NCBI GenBank assembly: GCA_964016885.1
Contig: OZ024743.1
Span: 319,486,001-319,550,000, forward strand
Reading direction: 5' to 3'
Source: Eledone cirrhosa
Lineage: Eukaryota
DNA: 64,000 nucleotides
Shown: positions 11,765 to 25,574 of the stretch, one piece after another
Numbering within the stretch: the first letter of the stretch is position 1
Layout of the letters: the number at the start of each line of letters is the position of its first letter
Notes under the pieces: generated by a model
The model's database searches: none
What the model saw: the letters and a program-made list of their open reading frames with translations, nothing else
What the model was told of the DNA's origin: nothing
Position numbers and translations under genes: made by a program

Positions 11765-14700
11765 TCGCACTTTAAGCATGTTGAACTGGGAAAACCTCCA
11801 TCAACTAAGCCTATTCAATTTCAAGATCAAAACTCTCTTTAGGTGTGTTCAGTCAAAGGAGAGAACTTCTATAGCCTTAGCTTATCCAATACTTTTGGAA
11901 CAATTTGAGGCAATTCAATGAAAATGAATCTTGTTTGTAAGCCGCCGTGATGAATGTAGCGCAACAGATACATATCGATCTTATTATAATTTCCTCAGCG
12001 ATGAATATTTACTTAACAAACTGGCTACACCAGAATTGTCAAGAACAAATATAGGAAGGTGAAATAAATTATGCGTTGTTTATGTCTGTCAACAAAGAGT
12101 AGAGAGAGAAATAGCCGTGGAAAGCGCTCTGTATGGATTTAAAAGTTAAAGTCTGTTACAGCCCCAAAGTCTCTTCAGACCGGTGTTTATCCTGGTTCCA
12201 GTGGGGTTAAGCGACTAAGAGTATGGTACACAGCTTGTCACAGGTTTAACACCCAGTTGATACAGGTACTCATATTTTCTGGCTGATTAGATTGAAATAA
12301 CGTGAAATAAGTATCTTATACAAAGACAATGTACCATTTGCTCAGGGAATCGAAGGTTACGGTTGATAGCCCAACATTCTAACTACTAAGCTATACACCT
12401 ACACACGTTCTTCATGAATTGTATACATACAAATAGAATCACGCAATCTGAACAATTTCTTTCACCTTTCCTATACCTAGTAACAAAACAAAATAATTGT
12501 TATTCGTATTTCAATGATATTTTATAATGGAGAGTAGTCGCCATGTTTTCTTTAGCTAAACTTCTAAATTCACTGTTAGAATAACAAATTCCACGTCGTA
12601 CTCCAGACATTGTCTTCAATTTCTTTTTAGAAAATGAAGAGAAAATATCGTAGACCTTATAAATGTTTCATTATCAACATCATCAAGATCATCATCAACA
12701 TCATCATCATCACCAGCATCACATTACGGTAGCAAAGTCATTCCTGATTGATGACAAATTAGATGCAAATTGCAGCTTCATACAAATTAAATTCCAATCT
12801 AGTAATAAGATTTTTTCCCCCTTTAAACGGAAACTTATCGATTTAAAACGATCAATACAAAGTGGTTAGATATTTATTCAAATAACTGAGGCAGAAACGC
12901 AAAAAAGCGGAATAAATGAGTATAAATATGTCTTATAATATAAAACAAATAATAATAATAAAATGATAATAATAATAATAAATAGCTTTATGGAAGGAAA
13001 AAGTTACACTTTGTATATATTATTTATATATAACACAAATTGTAAAAAATAAGATTTCAAATTGTAAAGTCATATCTTTACAAAGGGGAAATAAAGAAGA
13101 ATAGAAACAATATACGTATGTAAAGCGCAGCCAAACAGCAGTAATATTCAAACCGATAAAGGTAAAATAGAAATAGAAAAATGTTTTATAGCTCTAGATT
13201 GTAATAAATGGAAAATACAGCGGGAATCATTAATTTCTAAATAGTCTTGGGAGCAACAGTATTTGGCTATACATATACTTCTAGTTATGAAATATTGGCT
13301 TTGTTAATTTACGCCATTTTTTATACCAAAATTCCTGAAACCGTCCTAGGTACTACAATATAAAGGCATTTATACTTTTAATCATGATTTTATGTAAGAA
13401 ATTTATTAAGTTATGTTCCCTGCACCATCTTAATAATGAGAAATTTAATTACATTATTAAATAACACTTGCCCAATTTACAACGGTTTGAACTCTGCTGT
13501 TGGTGATCGAACTTTGTGGAGAAAAATATCTCATGTTCTTGCGCAGTCTGCAACTGGCAGAGTTTAGCGTCAAAATAGTAGCAGTAGAGATCGAACCCGA
13601 TGCCTCATGATTGTAAAGCTAATATTTTAGCCATTCAACTATGCTTATGTCTCAATTATAAAATTAGAGGAATGTAACGTTATTATACAGTTAAATTTTT
13701 GAATCAATTGAATCAATGACATTTAAAATACTACTATTTTGGCAGACGAGATCGCCTAATATTTATATATTTCATTAAATGTACATAATTTCTAGATACA
13801 AGCATGGCGAAGTGGTTTGCAATCATCAAGCACTGGATTAGATCAAGTCCCAGGTCAACCCAAGCGTTGTGACTGAAATTGGATAGACGGAAACTATGTG
13901 AAATCCCGTCAGATGGATTGTACCTGTAATTCGAAAGTCCAACCATGTCACAAATTGTCACACTGATTTTGGCTGAGAACTACGTTAAGAGAATACGTGT
14001 CTATAGAATATTTAACAATTTACTCACCAATCCCTGAGTCGATCGTTTAGTTGATCAAACGACTGAATGCTCTTCGACGTAATCGACGGAGGATCTATCA
14101 TTTAACCTTTATTCATCAATCAAATGTCTTCCTCTATATCTATCCTTCTCAGGGAAGAAATCTGCTATGTTCAGACCTCGAAACAAGATGGGCTCCGTCG
14201 GGTTTTAAAATGTCCTAAGAAACGCCACGCATCAATGCGGTGCCCCTAAGACTCCCTCTGGAGTTACGAGTCCATAACAAACCATTCAAAGTAGTACTTG
14301 TACTTTTTATAAACATAAAGCCCATCTGTAATTAAGATTCTAACAATATTGACATTTCTTTCGTGTCTTTCTTTTTGAGTCAAATATTTTCTCACCTTCA
14401 CCGAATTCTTTTGATACCAAACTGCTTGAAACAAGCCCTCATTATTTTATACAAAGCTGTTTATTTCAAAGTGTTCACTTTCCATTATAATTGTTAAGTT
14501 AAGCTTCAAATACCAGTTTACTAATGAGAACGTTATGTATATTACTAACCCCCTCCCAATTCTTTACTATTTTCAAAACTATTTGAACCTACGACCTTAC
14601 CTACTAGGTTAAGCACCTTCACACTCCGATTACAGTAAGAATATAATTAAATTCAAATTATCATATTTCACACAAATATTTACAGAGTCCCTGAGATATG

Positions 14701-15544
14701 AAAAGCAAAAACCAAAGAATATTTTAAAAGAAAATTAAAGGGTGTTGGATTGGTGGAATCGTTAAAGCATCGAACAAAATGTTTTGTGGCATTTAGTTAC
14801 GCCCCTGTACAATCTGAGTTCCAATCCCACCGAAGTCAACTTTGACTTTCATCCTTTAGGCGCGATAAAATAAAAAACCAGTCAAGTTCTGGGGTTGATT
14901 TAATCGACTTTTCCCCTTCCCCACACATTTCCGGGTGGTCTTGTGCTTAAATTAAAAATAGAAACCACAGTATCAAATTCGCCTTTTGTCCTTCCTAGGT
15001 TGATAAAATATAATACCTGTCAACATTTCTTTCCCCCAAATTGCGTTTTAACTATTCGGTCATGCTGAGTCCGTAATTGACACTTACCTTTAAATAGCTT
15101 TTGTATGTAGTGGTTTATGACCATCATGAAAATAATTGTTACCACTTCACTTGGTAAAGTGGTGATGTATGACAATGAATATGCATAGGATAGAATAGCA
15201 TAATAATAACATTGATTTTGAGTGAAAGAAGCGGGACATTGTTGTTACATGTTGAAAGGAGCAGGAGATTAGCTTTGGTGGAAGGCAGCAATGACAAATG
15301 GAGAAAAATCAGATGATCAATGAAGTAAATGGATGACATGGCACGTAAAATATTTGTGCTGCAGTGAACAATAAGTGGAATATGGTAATCGTGGACAGAT
15401 CTCAAGAGATTAGCATATTTCCCCAGAAAGCATGTGATTTTTAACGTGACAACATCAACATAGTTGACGATGATATAATGCTATTTTCTTCATAGAATTT
15501 TCTGCTTCCTATCCAACTCACTCTGATAAGATAGCAGCTCTCTA

Positions 15545-15698
15545 CGAGGGTCGTCTAAAAGTTCATAGGCTGACCAACATACTCTCACGGAATGACCAAA
15601 TGAGGTTTAATTTTTCAAGAAGAGTTGAAATTAATGCATGCACGATTTTACAGCTCTAGCATCACTCCATAGCTAATGGACCTTTCAGCCTACCCTCG
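15545..15698. mobile_element. Tc1/mariner MITE
   Basis: TA-cgagggtcgtctaaaagttc ... gacctttcagcctaccctcg-TA: imperfect TIRs with TA TSD. Confidence 0.75.
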
Positions 15699-18600
15699 TA
15701 CACTGGAAGGATTTTCCCCGTAACCTTTTGCATCACACGGAAGATGTTTGAACAAATAGCAGGCATTGAGTGACCGTTTCCTTTCTTTATCGGTTACCAT
15801 TCTCATCCCCGGACTGCTGTTTCCTTCGATTAAATCGGGAAACGGAATGACGGATGCATCGGGTATTGCGGGCTGTTCATGTTCGCAGGACTCAAGTGAG
15901 ACATACCATCCAGTCAAGGAGTTTTCTCCTAGAATCCTCCACCCAATTTTGTTCTATCATTTATGTTTGTAAATATATAGAATTAAATATGAATAAATGC
16001 TAATATTTTATTAACGGTTTAAAAAAAAAAAAAAAACGGTATTAAACTGGAGAGGATATGAAAGGCAAAGTTGACTCAGTGGAATTTGAACTTAAAGTGT
16101 AGAAAACTGGAACGAATAATGCGAAATATTCAACCGAACGGTCTAACTTGCCGCATTAACCAGCTCATTGAAATATAACGTCTATTATGTTTGGGGTTGT
16201 CTTCCAGCTCTTTGCGTGGCGTTCAAATCTTGCCGATGTCAACTTTGTCTTCTATACTTCCGCGGTCGATACAAATAAAGTACCAGTATCGTACTGTGGT
16301 GGATATAATAGGCTTCCCCTCGAATTGCTGGTTTTGTGTCTAAATTAAAAGTTATTCTGCAGTGAGCGTATACAATTCAACTGGACAGTCCAGTCTTCAG
16401 GGTAGGGCCTAAACCATTCTCGCTGGGCTTATGAAACGGTAGTCTGTTATATATAACACCAATCATTACTACTGGACAGTCCAGTCTTTAGGGGAGGGTC
16501 TGAGCCAGGCCCTGTGGGCAAATGAAATGCTAGTCATATATATAATAGCAGGTCAATTTTCTCACTGACGTCAGCTAATAGCAGACTGAAAGTGGCATTT
16601 CTTTACCTATCAATAGATAACTTTTCCCGTCTAGCTCGTGTGCAGTGGACCTTCCTCAGTTGAAACAACGTATTTTCCAGCCTACCTTTGAAATTAGGGT
16701 GCAAGAGGCTGAATATTCCACAAATACGTGTGCCCTAAAATCAATTTTCAAGGATATTCAGCGTAATAAAGTGCATGACAAGGCTGACCCATTGAATGGC
16801 AGGTGTGTCTTTTCCCCATACCGGAGGAACGGGAAATAAAGAGTTTTAGGCAGGGAACAGAACATCCTAACTAAGCTACCTACCTCCATGGTTTGGCTAG
16901 TACCCATAAACACATAGTTGTGACTGTTTTTTTTAATATTCTTTTAGCAATCCAACATTTTGTTAATATTAGATTTGAATTGCAGCGAAGCAGCATAGAA
17001 TGTAGATCCTCCCCAACATTTAATATTCAGTTCCATTGCTCGATTCTTTGTTCAAATCTAGCCGAGCTCGACTTTACCTTTCAGTCTTTAGAAGGAAGGG
17101 CAGGGTAAACAAAATATACCAAACATATAGGGACAACTAAAATTAGCTATACATACACACCTATATTTTATAGGGAAGTGGATGTAAGGGTTTAAAGAAA
17201 TACACAACTTTTAATCCATTCTACAGTTATTTTGGAGAAATTACATGATTGAAACTGGGAGGGGTTTTCTTCGAAGTGTAAGGGAATCGTTTGCGACGTT
17301 GGGTGTTACAGTTATTTGTTCAATGAAACAGCCTACTCATTTCATTAATGTGCTAGTGGCCGAGTATTTTAAAAACAAGTGTAGCCTTACCCACAGGGAG
17401 ATTCAGCCTAACAAGGCCAGCTCTTTGAATTACAGATAACTCATTTGTGCCGGCTAAGCGGACTGGGGCAAGGTAAAATATAATCTCGTTCAGGGATAAC
17501 GCACAGCCCGGTAGCAATCTCACCGTTTTATGATCATCAGTCGAATGCCTTTACCACTAGACCATGCATCCTTTTCTTGCAGAAATGGAGAAAAATATTT
17601 TCGTAATAAAAAAACAAGCTATTATCTATTATAAGAACTTTTTGGTTGTTCGATCTTTCAAAACGCTCTACCAAATCAAGAATAAGATATGAAACGATGA
17701 CACAGTTAACGTTTACTTAAATATTTTATGAAAATCTTACCGGAAGAAAATTAGTTTTAGCAAGTCGCCACAACTATACTTTAGCTTTTATATGGGTAGG
17801 CGATTAAAGATTTGTGAAAAAGTGTGAAAAGTATGAGTGCACAAGCCATCGCATGTTCAGTGGGGGGTGAAAGCAGTTATGTCTATGAAAAAAGTTGTAT
17901 GTGTAAGTTGATTATGATTTCGTAAGATCCTCAAATTCTTTTCCATGACGGTCGTACGGGCATCCGCATTTGAACCTGGTGGAGCCCATTCTTCCCCAGG
18001 TAAAACATTTTACTTAAGAAAAAAAAATCCCTCAGTTTTACCAAGTTAGTGCTTAAAGTATTCGTAACATTTGTTCTGGTTAAGATATTCTGTAGTGAAG
18101 TGGTTTAAGATATTCCGTACTAGAGTGATATATAGACAGGTGAAACGAGTTGAAAAAAATAAATAAAATCAACGTTAATTTCTTTTCATTGTTATAACCA
18201 ATATAGCGAAGCACCCAAGAGATAGCAGGCTCATGCAGGACGTATTGGCTCCTAAACTCAGTGTTTTAAATGGTTTTCAAAACTCATTTCGTTACAAAAA
18301 TAAAATAAAAATTAAATCGTTTGGATGCATAGAGAGACAGCTCCTGCTTTATCCTATTGATTTAATTTTATATTAATTGTATTTATATAAATTTCAGTTG
18401 TATTTTTACATCCGAATGATGCAATTTGTCAATCGCCTTTAAATTAAAAACTATTTCTAATCATTAAAGTTTCAAAAACAAAGTAGCATGAAAAATAAAA
18501 CATTTTATTCAACCATCATTAGCTGTATTTCAATTGCACAATGCATCTAATTTACACGAAAAAACAACCATTAACAACCTCAAAGAAGGAAACGTCAATA

Positions 18601-18957
18601 AGTAATCGACTAAAATGAATTTTATAATATATTTCACCAAGTGTGGCTTTGTTTTTTGGGGCGGGGAGGGGACTTTCTCATTTCAGTACACGTTTAATTA
18701 AAAAGATTTGAAATTCATTGCAAATACAGAAAATTGTGCTTGCTTACATTTTGACCATAATGTATACAGAGTTTGCTTTAATTGTATACGTTAAAAAGAT
18801 GCACTTTCGAAATTGTTAAAATTGGTTTTGATATCGAAACAGTTAAATGCTAGATATGATATCGAAGCAGTTAAATGTTGGTAACAGGATAACACTATTG
18901 AGTAGGATACCAAGTATCTTATAATATCAAAACACAAATGTATGTAACAGTATCAAT

Positions 18958-19995
18958 TTATTCATTAGATTTATGCTTATGCTTGGGTTTATTGGACGAG
19001 GGGCGTTTAATGTATACGTAATCGTCAGACAATGCTGGAGATGCACTGTAGGTTTGCAGTGTTACAGGAGAAGGGGTTGATAACATATTTGGAAATACAG
19101 AGTTAGTTATAGGCGATAAAAAAGAGCCAGACGTTCTGCGAGAATTATTAAATAATGGTATGGCGGTTAAGGCTCCAATTTGACAGGCATCGTTAATGGC
19201 ACAGTTTCCAGAATTTGAAAAACTTCCGTTGTCAGATTTGATTACACTTGAAAGATTTTGTGAGGTCAACAGAGGATCGGAAATGGTTAGAATAGGCACC
19301 ACTGTCGAATTCATAGTCCCAATAGTGTCTAGGTTGTTTCCTGAAAGTGTCCGAGTCAAACCGATATTGGGGGCTGGAGAAGAAGTTCTTAACGGCACCA
19401 TGTCATTATTTAACTTGTTTAAATTATTTCGAAATTTTATTTGACAAGTTGTAATAATAGATTTAAAGCTAAGTTCATTTTTTTTCAAATCGTCAAGCAT
19501 AGTAACTAAATCACAACGAACCTCATCCAGTATTTCTGTACACGAATCTTCCAGAAAATGAGCGAATATTTTAAAAAGGCTGTCCTGCAAGAAGAAGTAT
19601 TCAGTAGTTTCAAGACGATTACGTAAGACAGGGAGTTTCTCCACAGTAGCTATAGAGCCGATATCAATTATACCAAGCCATTTTTCAACTCGCCCCTTAC
19701 AGGCAAACGTTCTCCCTGTTGGTACATCTTTCTCGAGAATAGAGAGTAACTGAAGCCGATCAATAGCAAACACATCAGATCTTAGAAGACTGAAAAGTAT
19801 TAAATCTCGAGTACAATATTGACAATGATTAAATGTGTGAAATCGAGACCGTGACTTACGAATGATATCTATTTTCTCCAGTAATGGTAGACGGAAGGCT
19901 AGCATGTAAGAATTGTCTGGTATTAGTGGTGGTGAAGTAATACACCATGGTTGAGGATTTGTCCAATAAAACCCATTGTTTAGTAAAGAATCCAT
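18958..19995 (-). CDS. Uncharacterised 345-aa single-exon protein (globular-looking N-terminal ~195 aa, S/T/P/N-rich tail, basic C-terminus)
   Basis: 1038-bp uninterrupted ORF in very AT-rich non-repetitive DNA. AATAAA on the minus strand at 18509-18504, about 450 bp downstream. No transposase, RT or endonuclease motifs recognised. Confidence 0.7.
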   Translation of the reverse strand: MDSLLNNGFYWTNPQPWCITSPPLIPDNSYMLAFRLPLLEKIDIIRKSRSRFHTFNHCQYCTRDLILFSLLRSDVFAIDRLQLLSILEKDVPTGRTFACKGRVEKWLGIIDIGSIATVEKLPVLRNRLETTEYFFLQDSLFKIFAHFLEDSCTEILDEVRCDLVTMLDDLKKNELSFKSIITTCQIKFRNNLNKLNNDMVPLRTSSPAPNIGLTRTLSGNNLDTIGTMNSTVVPILTISDPLLTSQNLSSVIKSDNGSFSNSGNCAINDACQIGALTAIPLFNNSRRTSGSFLSPITNSVFPNMLSTPSPVTLQTYSASPALSDDYVYIKRPSSNKPKHKHKSNE

Positions 19996-20118
19996 GTAGG
20001 CAATTCTACTGGTTCGATTTTCTTACTTTTGTTTTCATTCTCACTCATAAACACTATTCTAATTTTGATAATATATCGCGTCCAATATAAATGATAATTA
20101 TTTGTTACACACAAAGAT

Positions 20119-20175
<57 letters not shown>

Positions 20176-21243
20176 TATAAGTATATATATATATATATAT
20201 AGTTGACCGAACCAAATGATATTTATCAGAAGGGTTAACAGGGTGTTAAAATTTGATCTATTTCAATACCTCTACACCTTTAGACAATATATAATTTACT
20301 ATTAAACTGTATCGACTCTGCGGTGCAAGCTCGATTGTAAGTTAAGATAATTTAAATACTTGCACTGCTAGGGATGTCAGGCTTCGTCAAAAGAAGCTAA
20401 TAAATATATTTTAATTAGGGCTGCCCATAAAATTAATTCGTATTCGATTCCCATTAAAAATATTTTGCCACTGAAGTTCGTAGTGAAAGTCTGACCATCT
20501 CAGTTCCACTGTATTTTCATAAATCTTAGTGTTTATTTTTGTTTGCCTTGATTTTCGACAAGTTCTCTTTCATCGAGGTTAGCGCTCTGGGCTGAAAAAC
20601 ATGGCCTTTGTGTTGTCTTGGCAAATTAAATCAATAATTATTACTTACATTAGCCAAAAGCCACAGGCTTGTAGAGCTTTGTTTATAATTTGTGTGTGTG
20701 TGTGTGTGTGTGTATGTGTAAAATGATGTATTGGATCTCCGTCGGTTCCGACAAGCAATGTTCCAGTTATTCGAACAAGGAAACAGTCTGCTCGTGAAAT
20801 TAACATGTAAGTGGCTGAACCTTCCACAGACACGTGTATCCTTACCGTAGTTCTCAAGGAGATTCAGCACGTGGCAATTTATTTTTGTATTTTTGCAAGC
20901 TGAGTGGATTGGAGCAAATTGATATATTCTGTCTTGCTGAAAGACATGGGAATCGAAATCATGACCTTAAGATCAATAACCGAACACCGCTAACCACTAA
21001 GCCTGGTGCCTTCACAAATATGAAAGTAATATAGTATTAAAAATAATATAACTTGGTTATAATTTGAATCGAGTGTTTTCGTCTTTAACCAGACTTATCA
21101 AGATATAAATTTAGTTGTTCTTTTAATAAACACTCTTTTATTACTTCTTATAAAGATTATAGTTTATTAATGGGCCGAAACACTTCCAGGGCAGGGTTTT
21201 CTTCTCAGACGACCATTTACTGTCCAGGTCTCCTGGACTCACT

Positions 21244-21299
<56 letters not shown>

Positions 21300-23734
21300 C
21301 GTTAAGCTCCACCTCTGGATACCTACGCAGTATCCCTAATCGGGATACGCAAGGGTTATAACACGCAGCTTTCCATAAGAGTTTTAGCACACACACATTT
21401 ATTTTGTTTGACCCGTTTAGCTTGCTTCGTTCTTTTGGCTTAGGTGGTTGATAACTTCTTAACCGCCGTCTCAGTTTATTGTTCTGGTCTCATTTGATCC
21501 ATGGAGCGCTTGCCAACACAACTATGAAATTGCGTTTCGCTTATTTCTACCCGCCGAAATACGATTCTCACTGAAGTTATATTTATATATATATGTTTAT
21601 ATATGTGTGTGTGCAGTGCGTTTCGTTTTATTAGCACACACCCCCACGTAAAAACACCTCCATGGTTCTTACGGTAAACAAATAAAAATACATGTCTTCT
21701 TATTTTTATTTGCGTCAGATTTATCCCCAAGTAAATAATTGTTTTGCTTCAGTGCTACTAAGATCTAATATAGCTCTTCTCTTAAAGAAGAAAAAACTTA
21801 ACAGACCTGTTCTTAAACAAAACATACTTAATATTTTTCCTTTTAAAAGCAATTCAGAAGATCATTTTTTAGATTCTCAACTCGGGAAGATTATACAATA
21901 CGGAGAATATTTCGTATTATAGAGCAGTAGAGTTTTGGATTTTGATAATGATGTTAATATGTGTGTCTGTTGCAGTTTAATAACTAATAAGGATTTGAAT
22001 CGAGTAAGAAAAAAAATATATATATAACATCGGTGCTACAATTAAGGCCAACAAAGCGGAGCATTACTGAACCTTAAAGAACCACAATTATATACAATTT
22101 TCTATAATGAAATTAAATATATATAAATTCACGGCGTTCAATAAATAAATCACTAAACGTTTTGCTGTGTTGCAGAACTATCCCTAGCGATGGAGAGGGT
22201 CTTATGGTGGTGATATGACCTGTCAAGTGATTTGGCGTATGTAATTGTGTACAACTGAAACATTCGTCGTCGAAACCAACGGAGGTCCAACACCCCATAT
22301 TTTTATATGTGGATTTATATGGATGTGATAATACTGGTAGAAGAATCAAACCACAATGAAACAGTCCAGAGATAATTACAGTCGCTTGTATGAAAAATGT
22401 CACCAAAGAACTGTTAGACTTTTATTATCCTTTGTAAGTTGGAAATTCGTTTATTGGAAAGCACCAATTCAGAAAATATTTACAAAGCACTCATGAATTT
22501 GTTTAGCTACAAAAAATTCAATAAATCAATGCAGGTGTTTCATATACCCTATTTCTTCCCTCTTCTTTAAAATTTCATGTATAATCAAAATATTTTTCTC
22601 CGATAAAATATCATCGAACAGTGGTAAACATATTATTCCTATCAAGAAATAATATGTTAAGAAAGAACTGTTTAGACAATGTATTGTTTTTTCTTAGAAC
22701 TTATACTCTTGTATTCTTTTACGTGATTTCAGTCATTTCTCTGAAGTTCTGCTGTGTCACCACCTTGGAGTGTTTTAGTCGATCATGATACCAGCATTGG
22801 ATTTGTTCCAGTATTTGTTCCAGCAATATACATTTTGAGCTCAAATCCTGCTAAGATCAACTTTGCTTCTCATTCTTTGGAAGTCGATAAACAAAATAGT
22901 AGTCGGTAGATTGGCAGAATTCTTAAAATATCGTACACGATGCTTTGTGAAATGTGTTCTGGTTCTGTTAGCTTTATGTTCAAATCACACCTCTACCACG
23001 AGCTACGACTAGCCGATAATATAACAATTAGAAAGGCTAATCAAAGCATAGTTTCCTTGGTTCGGTCTGAATATTAGCTCCTATCTTTTGAAATTTTTTG
23101 TAGAAAGCATAATTGCTAATACTTATTTCTATTTCAGACACAGTGGCAGGATTTTACTAGAGGGCTTAGATGATTATATCAACCCCAGTTTGTGACTGGT
23201 ACTTTTATTTCATCGACCTCGGGAAAATAAAAGGAAAAGCAGATTTTGACGGGATATAGCCCGAAAGCCGACTAGCTAAAAATACCCGCTTTACGAATTT
23301 GTTCACTCCTCTTATCTAAATGAAATGCCCCATGTCAAATCTTTCTATTAATGTATGTATTTACGAAGTGCTCTAACGTATTCATTACGTCAATTCGAGT
23401 GTATGTGTATGTGTATGCGGGTGTGTTTGGGCTGGAGATCCCTCAGTTCTAACAACGTGTTTGCCAGTTGTGTGATTAACGGAATTTACTTATCAAATTG
23501 AACGCGTTAGTTGCTTAGCATTCTACAGACACGTGTACACTTAAAGCAATTCTCAAGGAGATTTAGCATGAGACAGTGTGTTACAAGGTATATCCTTTGA
23601 ATTACAGGTATCATTGATTCTTTCCAGCTGAGTGGATTGGCGCAACAAGAAATAAAATGTACTGCTTTAGGACACATCATGACTTTATGATCGTGAACCG
23701 AACACCCTAACCACTAAACCACGTGCCTTTCTCA

Positions 23735-24620
23735 CTTCAAACGATCTTGCACCATACCTACGTATCTTTCGCTAACTTCAGAATTTTCTGTGGTGTTATA
23801 TGTAATCTCTGCTACATACACAAGAATAAGCAATTTTTTAAACCTTAGATTCTAATATTTGTCGTAGGATCTCAAATCTACCAGCAACCAGGGAGATTTT
23901 CGACTAGGCAGCGCCTTACTACAACCAAACCCTCTTAGAGAGTGGTTTTAAGGACAAATTAAGTACACAAACAATCATTCCCAACCCAACCATAATATAA
24001 ACGCAAACAGAAAAAGAAGAATTATCTGGTTCGCACCCCGCTTTTTCCATAAAGTAAAGGCTAATGTAGGTAACAAGTTTTTAGATTTACTTAATAGAAT
24101 TTCTCACCACAGAATAGTTATAGTAAACTATTTGATCGCAAGTTCGTCAAGATATTCTATGCATGTGTCCCGTCTCTGAGATTAAAAAATCACTACAAAG
24201 AATATAGTCAACAGATATCCAAGCTGCTCTTGTAGGATTAAAGAGAACTGCTCTCTCCAACAGAAATGTAACAACATATCCGTTATGTATGAGGCAGAGA
24301 TTACATACAACACCACAGAAAAATCTGAAGTTAGCAAAAGATACATCAATATGGTGAAATATTGTTTTAAACAACATTTTTACCCGCATTTCCATTCCTT
24401 CAGGAATCCTGATATGAGAACCATTACAGTCCTGGCAAAAACGTGTGACAATTAAAGAAGAAAGGAATCCCACATAAGATTATTTGGAAGATACTTGAAA
24501 GATGAAGACCTTACACTAATGGTACCAAGAGATGTCGTCACTGTCTTAGTAGAAACGTAGAATATTACAAGTTTTGTCGTCTTCGGACAATAATTTGTTT
24601 TAACTAAAAGAGATAATTTT
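23735..24620 (+). mobile_element. Decayed Penelope-like element with inverted 5' piece
   Basis: Broken plus translation AAPYYNQTL.ESGFKDKL..NRKRRIIWFAP..KANVGNKFLDLLNR..KLFDRKFVKIFYAC. Segment 23735-23820 is a diverged reverse complement of about 24285-24375. Confidence 0.8.
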
Positions 24621-25233
24621 TAGAAGATGTCTATCTCAAAAGCTAACTGTTTGCTCAGTGGAAATACTCAACAAATTCAATTGATTTTCACCCACCTTAA
24701 TTTGATTTATATACTTTCTTAATATCTTTCTTTTTCTTTCTTTTTCCACACTTACATAATACAGTACACCTTCTAGAATATTTTCTTCCATACCACCACA
24801 TAATTGCATACATCTGCTATAGCCCATGAATACTAACACGTATACGACTTCGTTATTTCAAATAGATATCTTAGAGTTATTTCAGTTTGTTACAATACCT
24901 TTTTCGTTAACTAACGTTTTAGCACGCTTTAAATTTAGCGGTATCTTATAATCTCGTATAGACTCATACATAAGTATGCGCTGACCGGTATGGATACATG
25001 CATTAACAAAAATTTAGTGTATGGAAATTACACACACACATATATATATATACGCACATATGCAATTGCACATGTTCGTACATATGTATATATACACATA
25101 CATACATATACATACACACACACACATATATATATATAAATATGTATACGCACATACTTATAAACACATTCATATGCATATATATATATATACATATATA
25201 TATATACGCACATACATACATACATATATATAT

Positions 25234-25297
<64 letters not shown>

Positions 25298-25574
25298 GTA
25301 TATATGTGTATGTATGTATGTGTATATATTCAACATAATTTCCAGTATTTCTCTAGCAATCTTCACTTTAAGAGTATCATCGTTTTTTCTATATTGTCTC
25401 TTATACCTGCAATGTTAAATTATTTCATGAGGAAAGAATGAGCTTCATGAATGTGGTAAATCTCGTCTGGTGACAGCAGTGATGTAGTGCTATAACAAGT
25501 AATGGGTGGGGGGTGGGGGGGGGGGGGGGGTGTTGAACATATTTCTGAGCAGGTGAGGGTTAATGGGCTATGCA

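Noticed and set aside
23272-23300. Helitron 3' end on the minus strand (and a Helitron-like 5' start near 10965)
   Set aside because: Only short terminal motifs are visible and no partner ends could be assigned.
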